Source: Octopus bimaculoides (Eukaryota). From it: 40,335 nucleotides of DNA. The DNA lies in assembly GCF_001194135.2 (NCBI RefSeq), contig NC_068986.1, positions 11,970,375 to 12,010,709 on the forward strand, read 5' to 3'. The translations under genes and the position numbers were made by a program. The notes under the pieces were generated by a model. The model was not told the DNA's origin and searched no databases. It worked only from the letters and a program-made list of their open reading frames with translations. Below, in pieces: positions 34,780 through 40,335 of the stretch (position 1 is the first letter of the stretch; each line of letters begins with the position of its first letter).

Positions 34780-34905
34780 GACGTCGTCCACCTTCTCATT
34801 TATCAGTAACATTCTTTTCATTCGATTTTATTTTTGCCCTCTTTTGTGTTTCGTCTGTGCTTGCTTGTCCCCTTATGTTAAGCACTGTGGCCAAATAAAG
34901 AAATA
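34780..34905 (+). mobile_element. Probable LINE 3' UTR end
   Basis: Pyrimidine-rich tract ending ...gtccccttatgttaagcactgtggccaaataaagaaa with AATAAA. Confidence 0.35.
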
Positions 34906-35111
34906 CAGTCGATGAGCTACGCATTTGAGTTGCGTTTGGTTATCCATTGTATGACATCGTTTTGTTGCAGTTGTTCCCCTTGGGACCACCTCATGTTTAA
35001 AAACTGTTGGTGTCCTTTGACATTATTCTCGCGAACAGGTTTGGTTCTCCTGCTGTTCTCCCGTTAGGGTCAAATTGGTTGCATTTTGTGTGGGAATTGT
35101 ACCCGCAGAAA

Positions 35112-35585
35112 ATGACTAGTAATTTGTATGAAGTGTTGGAGCCCCTGGAAAGCATCGACTCTGAGTAAGAAAGCGACTCGGAAGAAAGTGTGGACGATTA
35201 TGCAGCAGCGGTCGGTAAAAAGCCAAGAAGATACAACATCAAGGCAGAAACCGTGGAAAATTTGAACAAATTCTGCGGGGAGGTGGAGCAAATGTTAGAT
35301 TAACTCCCCCAATGAAGCCACAGAAGAAACAAGAAAAAGAACGATAGCTTATAGAACATTAATTCTTAACTTGCCAAACGAAATACACAAATCGCAATAG
35401 AAGGTTATCCACTTGAAATTAGATCAGCGTGGCTTGTAGTAGCCGCTTGCTCCAATATCGAGGAGGAGGTGACACTGTCGGAGTTCAAGGAAAAAAAAGT
35501 GGAGAACTGGTGTGGTGTGAGTTCTCGGGCGACAATTCAAGCTACACCAGCGGAATTGGAGGTAATTCCAGAATTTATAATTCTG
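35112..35585 (+). pseudogene. Second, internally deleted copy of the same LINE ORF1
   Basis: 35270-35585 aligns by eye with 33700-34207 apart from a ~190-bp deletion. It truncates at tttataattctg. Confidence 0.75.
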
Positions 35586-35586
35586 T

Positions 35587-35605
35587 TGGGTTAGGGTTAG
35601 GGTTA
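35587..35605 (+). repeat. Interstitial telomeric seed (TTAGGG)2 with partial flanks
   Basis: tgggTTAGGGTTAGGGtta. Confidence 0.7.
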
Positions 35606-35972
35606 CGCAGGGTTTCGTCACGCAGGACATATGAAAATGATTGAGACATCTGTGGGTTTTTTGATTTAAGTGACAAAAGCTTGTACAACATTTTGCCACC
35701 TTCTCTGTCGCCATAGCAATTTCCAGCGACAAAAAAAATCTGGAAGATAGAAAGGTAAATGGAAATTATAAATTTCATTTTGCCAGATTATATATTGTTC
35801 GAGGAACGAGATTATTAATGACCAGGTGCAGGCATGGCTGTGTGATTAAGAAGTTTTGGGTTCGTTCCCACTGCATGTCACCTCGGAGAAATGTCTTCTA
35901 CTTTTGTTGACCAATGCCTTCGGAGAGAATTTAGTAGAAGGAAACTGTGGAAGCTCTTCATATTTACATGTG

Positions 35973-36013
<41 letters not shown>

Positions 36014-36284
36014 CTGCGTGTGCGTGAGTATAAACCAATAAGAGTAATGAGAAGCCTCTTATTAAGTTACATTGTATATATACTACTTCTTTTTTATCCT
36101 TTTCTTGTTTTTAGTCAATCGACTGCGGTCATGCTGGGGCACAACCCCAAATCGACACCAGTAAATATCTATTTTTTAACTCTGGTACTTAGTCACTTGA
36201 TCACTTTCACCTAAGACTGGAGTATGTAATCCAAGCAGTATGTGTGGCGAGATGCACACAGATACAAAGACATTCACTCACAGT

Positions 36285-36344
<60 letters not shown>

Positions 36345-36630
36345 TAGCAGAAACTATGATTATATATATGCATATCTTAATTTATGTATGTATGTATGTA
36401 TGTATGTATGTATCTATCTATCTATCTATCTATCACAGTATGCGTGTATGTATATGCGTGTATAGTAATGTGTGTGTGCAGAGATGCATGAATATATGGG
36501 TATCAATTTTATCATTATATATCTGTGCCGCGTGCATATCTTATCCATCCATCTATCCATCCATCCATCTTTTCTCATCTGATAGTGTGTGGGTGGGTGT
36601 GTATATACGTGTGTATATATATATATATAG

Positions 36631-36687
<57 letters not shown>

Positions 36688-36697
36688 NNNNNNNNNN

Positions 36698-36794
36698 AAG
36701 TCGACCTCGGCGGAATTTGAACTCAGAACGTAGCGGCAGACGAAATACCGCTAAGCATTTCGCCCGGCATGCTAACGATTCTGCCAGCTCGCCG
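36698..36794 (-). mobile_element. SINE (fourth type) head
   Basis: Reverse complement of ~24524-24620. Confidence 0.9.
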
Positions 36795-37024
36795 TGTGTA
36801 TGTGTGTGTGCACGCATGCGTTGTAAAGTTTCATTAGTCCGCAATTCAATAGTTCGGCAGATCAATTGCCGGGGACATTTTTGCGCTTCGTCTTTTTTCA
36901 TATTTTTTCTTTATCGCAGTCACTGGCCTCTGACGTCACTTCCTCACTATTTACTGTCAAGCTGTGACCCACACCTAAGCTCTTCCTGCTTGCCTTTATC
37001 TCTTTATATATTATACATCTATTT

Positions 37025-37228
37025 ATGACAATGTCTTCTAATACAATTAATAGCAGCCACTTTGGGAAAGGTATGAAAAGAGATCATGTAACGCCTGCAT
37101 TGAAACAGGAAATTGAAATAATACATTTGAAAAGAAGCGAAAACCAAAACGCTACTTTCGGTGAACATAATAACATCGCTTCTTCAATAACTTATGACAT
37201 CAAGAAACAAAAGAATAAGTTAATGTGA
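37025..37228 (+). pseudogene. Tigger/pogo HTH fragment, duplicate of 31600-31815
   Basis: The translation differs by a single residue (K vs N) from the minus-strand copy. Confidence 0.65.
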
Positions 37229-37717
37229 TATTTGGCTTACTTAGATACAAATGAAGGTATGGAAGGGCAGCAAATATAAGAAAAAATAAGAACTTTCAGA
37301 ACTAGACACAATACCATTTAAAGGGCTTAGAGAAGGGAGTCTTAATCGTATTTTACCTATGGACGGACTCCTTTGAATCGTATTTGACTCCGATGGACCC
37401 TCCTAGTCATTTGATGTTTAGAAAATCATATTATAAACAAACACAAAGAACGCAGCCCCGATAACGGACAGAATCAACGACTATCGAAGAGGTTGCAAGA
37501 AGCAACGAAAATTTTAGAAAGGATAAATAAGTAAATGAGTGGAAATCGAACCAATGAGTGTGTTAATCAATAAGGCATTAAAACAGAATGACTCTCCCCA
37601 GACAATAAAATATTCTTCAACACACGAATTCACATAAAGAATCTTGAAAAGCAAATATAAAATCGAAATATTAGGAATTGTATCGAAAAATTGTAAAAAT
37701 ATTTTGGGTATTGAGAA

Positions 37718-37803
37718 GGCGCGTGGCTTAAGAGTTAGGCTGTTCGGCTCACGATCGTAAAGTCAGTTCGATTCCCGGCGACGCTTTGTGTCCTGGAGCA
37801 AAA
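37718..37803 (+). mobile_element. tRNA-like SINE head
   Basis: ggcgcgtggcttaagagttagg... with B box gttcgattccc at 37766-37776. Confidence 0.7.
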
Positions 37804-37808
37804 TGAAT

Positions 37809-37976
37809 GACGTAAATACACCAGCATCGGTTGTCAAGCGATGGTGGTGTGACAAACACAGACTCACGCACACACACACACAGGGCTATAGTAGAAGACA
37901 CTTGCCCAAGGTGCCATGCTGTGGGAATGAACCCAGAACCATGTGGTTGGTAAGCAAGTTACTTACCACACAGCCA
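37809..37976 (-). mobile_element. Main SINE, internally deleted
   Basis: Reverse complement of parts of 16143-16230 and 16345-16390. Confidence 0.85.
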
Positions 37977-38314
37977 ATACCAAAGGAAGAACAGAAAATG
38001 CACAACAAACAGAACCCGTCAAAACACAGCATGCGGTGAAAAGGATGATAGCATGACAACAACAAACAGGACAAAACATGATACACGGATTATTGGCAGC
38101 GAATTATAGAGAGGTAAGAAAGAGTTAAACATTGCGCAGTAGGCCACAAAGGATAATAGAGAAAAGATTCACACACCAGACGTGGACATGCTCTGCCCTC
38201 GTCAGGAATCGTCCAAAAATCAGAAACATTTTGCGGCATTATTGATTAGATTGTTCATTTTGGTGGGGTCCAGAACAAAAAGTTACCTGTAATAAATAAA
38301 TGAGTGAAGGTAAA

Positions 38315-38381
<67 letters not shown>

Positions 38382-38699
38382 ATGTACATGTATATGCATA
38401 CATACATGCATATATATATGCATATGCATGCATATATGTATGTACATATGTATATTATATATGAGTGCGCTATATTTTATTTTATTTTTTTAATTTATTT
38501 TTTTATAGTTTCAGCTTAGAGCTGCGGCCATGCTGATGCACCGCCGTGATATATATGCATATTTTATATAGACTCATGCATATATGCGCATATATATGTA
38601 TAAAATAAAAACACACATATACATGTACTAAGCTGAGTATACATATAGGCACACAACACGCACAGACACCCACTCAAGCACACACACTCTCTCTCCCTT

Positions 38700-38748
<49 letters not shown>

Positions 38749-39340
38749 AACGCCATTCGAGAAATCCTCATGAATGTGTGGAACGAAAGTAACAAAGGAG
38801 ACACAACCCATATTAGTTTTCAGGCCAATTGAGAATATCTTCTTCGGCTGTATTTAGATAGAGAGAAAGAGATAGAGGGAAAGTGAAAGAACGATAAAAA
38901 GAGGGAAAGAGAGAGGAAGAGAGAGAGAGAGGGAGAAAGCGGGAACGAGTGAGCGAGTGGAGAGGGAGATAGAGTGGAGAGGGGGAGAGAGGAGAGAGGC
39001 ATATACAGTTGCACTTACATGCCACGTGACACATACGCAAAGTATGCTTGGAGCCAATTATTTGTTTAACAATATATAAGCACACGTCTACACAAACACG
39101 TGTACACACACACTCACGTAAGCACACACATATACAATATGAGTGTGGGTGTGGGTGCGGTGCTCATGCTTCGGTTTTAGTTTCTGAGTCGTTCTTGAGC
39201 TTCAATGGCCGAACCCCGACAGGAGCATTGCGTACGTATGTGCATACAGTCATACAAGCATTCATGCAGGCGTACATACACGTATACATAAATACATAGG
39301 AAAATAAACATACACATACATAATTTGCACACACATTTAT

Positions 39341-39385
<45 letters not shown>

Positions 39386-39506
39386 TTTATTTAAAAACAG
39401 CAGAAATATAACAAAAGCTACCGCTTTTAAATAAAGCATATTACTCTATCTCTGGTATTTGAGTACTTTTTTTCCACCTTGTTTCACATTTATGTGCTTA
39501 CTCCGG

Positions 39507-39586
<80 letters not shown>

Positions 39587-39661
39587 GCTAAAGACCCCCT
39601 CCGGTCACGAATGATCATAAGATTACTCCAATGTATATGTATGTATATATATATATATATG

Positions 39662-39945
39662 TACACAGGGTGGGGAAGCAAAACATGGAAAATAATAGAT
39701 TATTCACCAAATTGTTTATTTTACAACAACCAGCAACCTGACATAAATATAATTTTAATACAAGTTAATATGGGTATAAAGAGACAATTTATTCAATATG
39801 TCTGCTTTCATTGTCCACCATAACCTTGACATGCCGACTGAAGGCGTCACAACTCTTCATGATGAAGTACTCAGATATGTTGTCCCTCTCTTCCCTCAGG
39901 ATTTCTTAAAATGATCAAGATTTAGATGTGATGTTCTGTTGGTAG
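39662..39945 (-). mobile_element. Tc1/mariner-superfamily (maT/DD37D-like) 3' end
   Basis: Minus strand TNRTSHLNLDHFKKS / LREERDNISEYFIMKSCDAFSRHVKVMVDNESRHIE* (stop at 39789-39791). TIR-like tacacagggtgggg at 39662. The catalytic triad is not present, so the subfamily is inferred. Confidence 0.6.
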
Positions 39946-40090
39946 AGTGCTCCAGCTTGCCCAATACGGCATAGTCCAGCGGGGTGGCATCATTTGATGA
40001 CTAAAACAATGAAAAAGCGCATTGCGATCAGCAATGTGTTACAGCATGTGATAGCCTGGTCAGTCACGTGATCACGTGATATAAATATAT

Positions 40091-40128
<38 letters not shown>

Positions 40129-40335
40129 TATATACTTTTATAAAACAAATTTTACAAAATATATAGTATCTGTTAACAGTCTTAGCCAAAAACTCACAGT
40201 TGAGTTTTTGTATATATATATGTATACATGTCTCTTAAAGGATAGAGCTCAAAATCAATGCATTGAAGATACTTTATTGCAGCAACAATTATAATAACAG
40301 AAACAACCACAATAAGCCAAACCTATGCACATTTC

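Larger units (their letters stand above)
35620..37287. repeat. Right arm of the inverted duplication, interrupted by ~760 bp (36030-36794)
   Basis: Reverse complement of 31563-32510 with added SINE fragments, microsatellites and a 10-N gap. Confidence 0.88.

Noticed and set aside
38165-38210. Minus-strand CTGACGAG hammerhead-like start
   Set aside because: The GAAA is missing and no stem I pairing is found.

Overview
AT-rich, repeat-saturated eukaryotic scaffold with about 6.3 kb of N in 13 gaps. The SINE families and the extreme (TA)n/(CA)n/(TACA)n/(TAA)n density point to an octopus draft genome (inference, not a database match). No intact host protein-coding gene is recognisable; nearly all long ORFs in the track are microsatellite or N artefacts. 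The window contains at least four tRNA-headed SINE types and fossil Tc1/mariner elements: a DD36E Tc1, a DD34D mariner, a maT-like end and Tigger/pogo pieces. It also holds fossil LINEs (RTE, R4/Dong-like tails in TAA repeats, a Tx1-like ORF1 in two copies) and many fold-back elements. The most notable observations are: minimal hammerhead-ribozyme-like motifs of the Penelope type (9924-9967 and 200-257); a near-perfect 229-bp hairpin whose loop is a tRNA-like module with a B box (20007-20235); a Tc1 with DD36E spacing; and a ~5.7-kb inverted duplication (31563-37287) with a TTAGGG seed at an internal breakpoint. Two non-repetitive islands (12.7-13.5 kb and 21.8-22.2 kb) could be exons or regulatory DNA but cannot be assigned.
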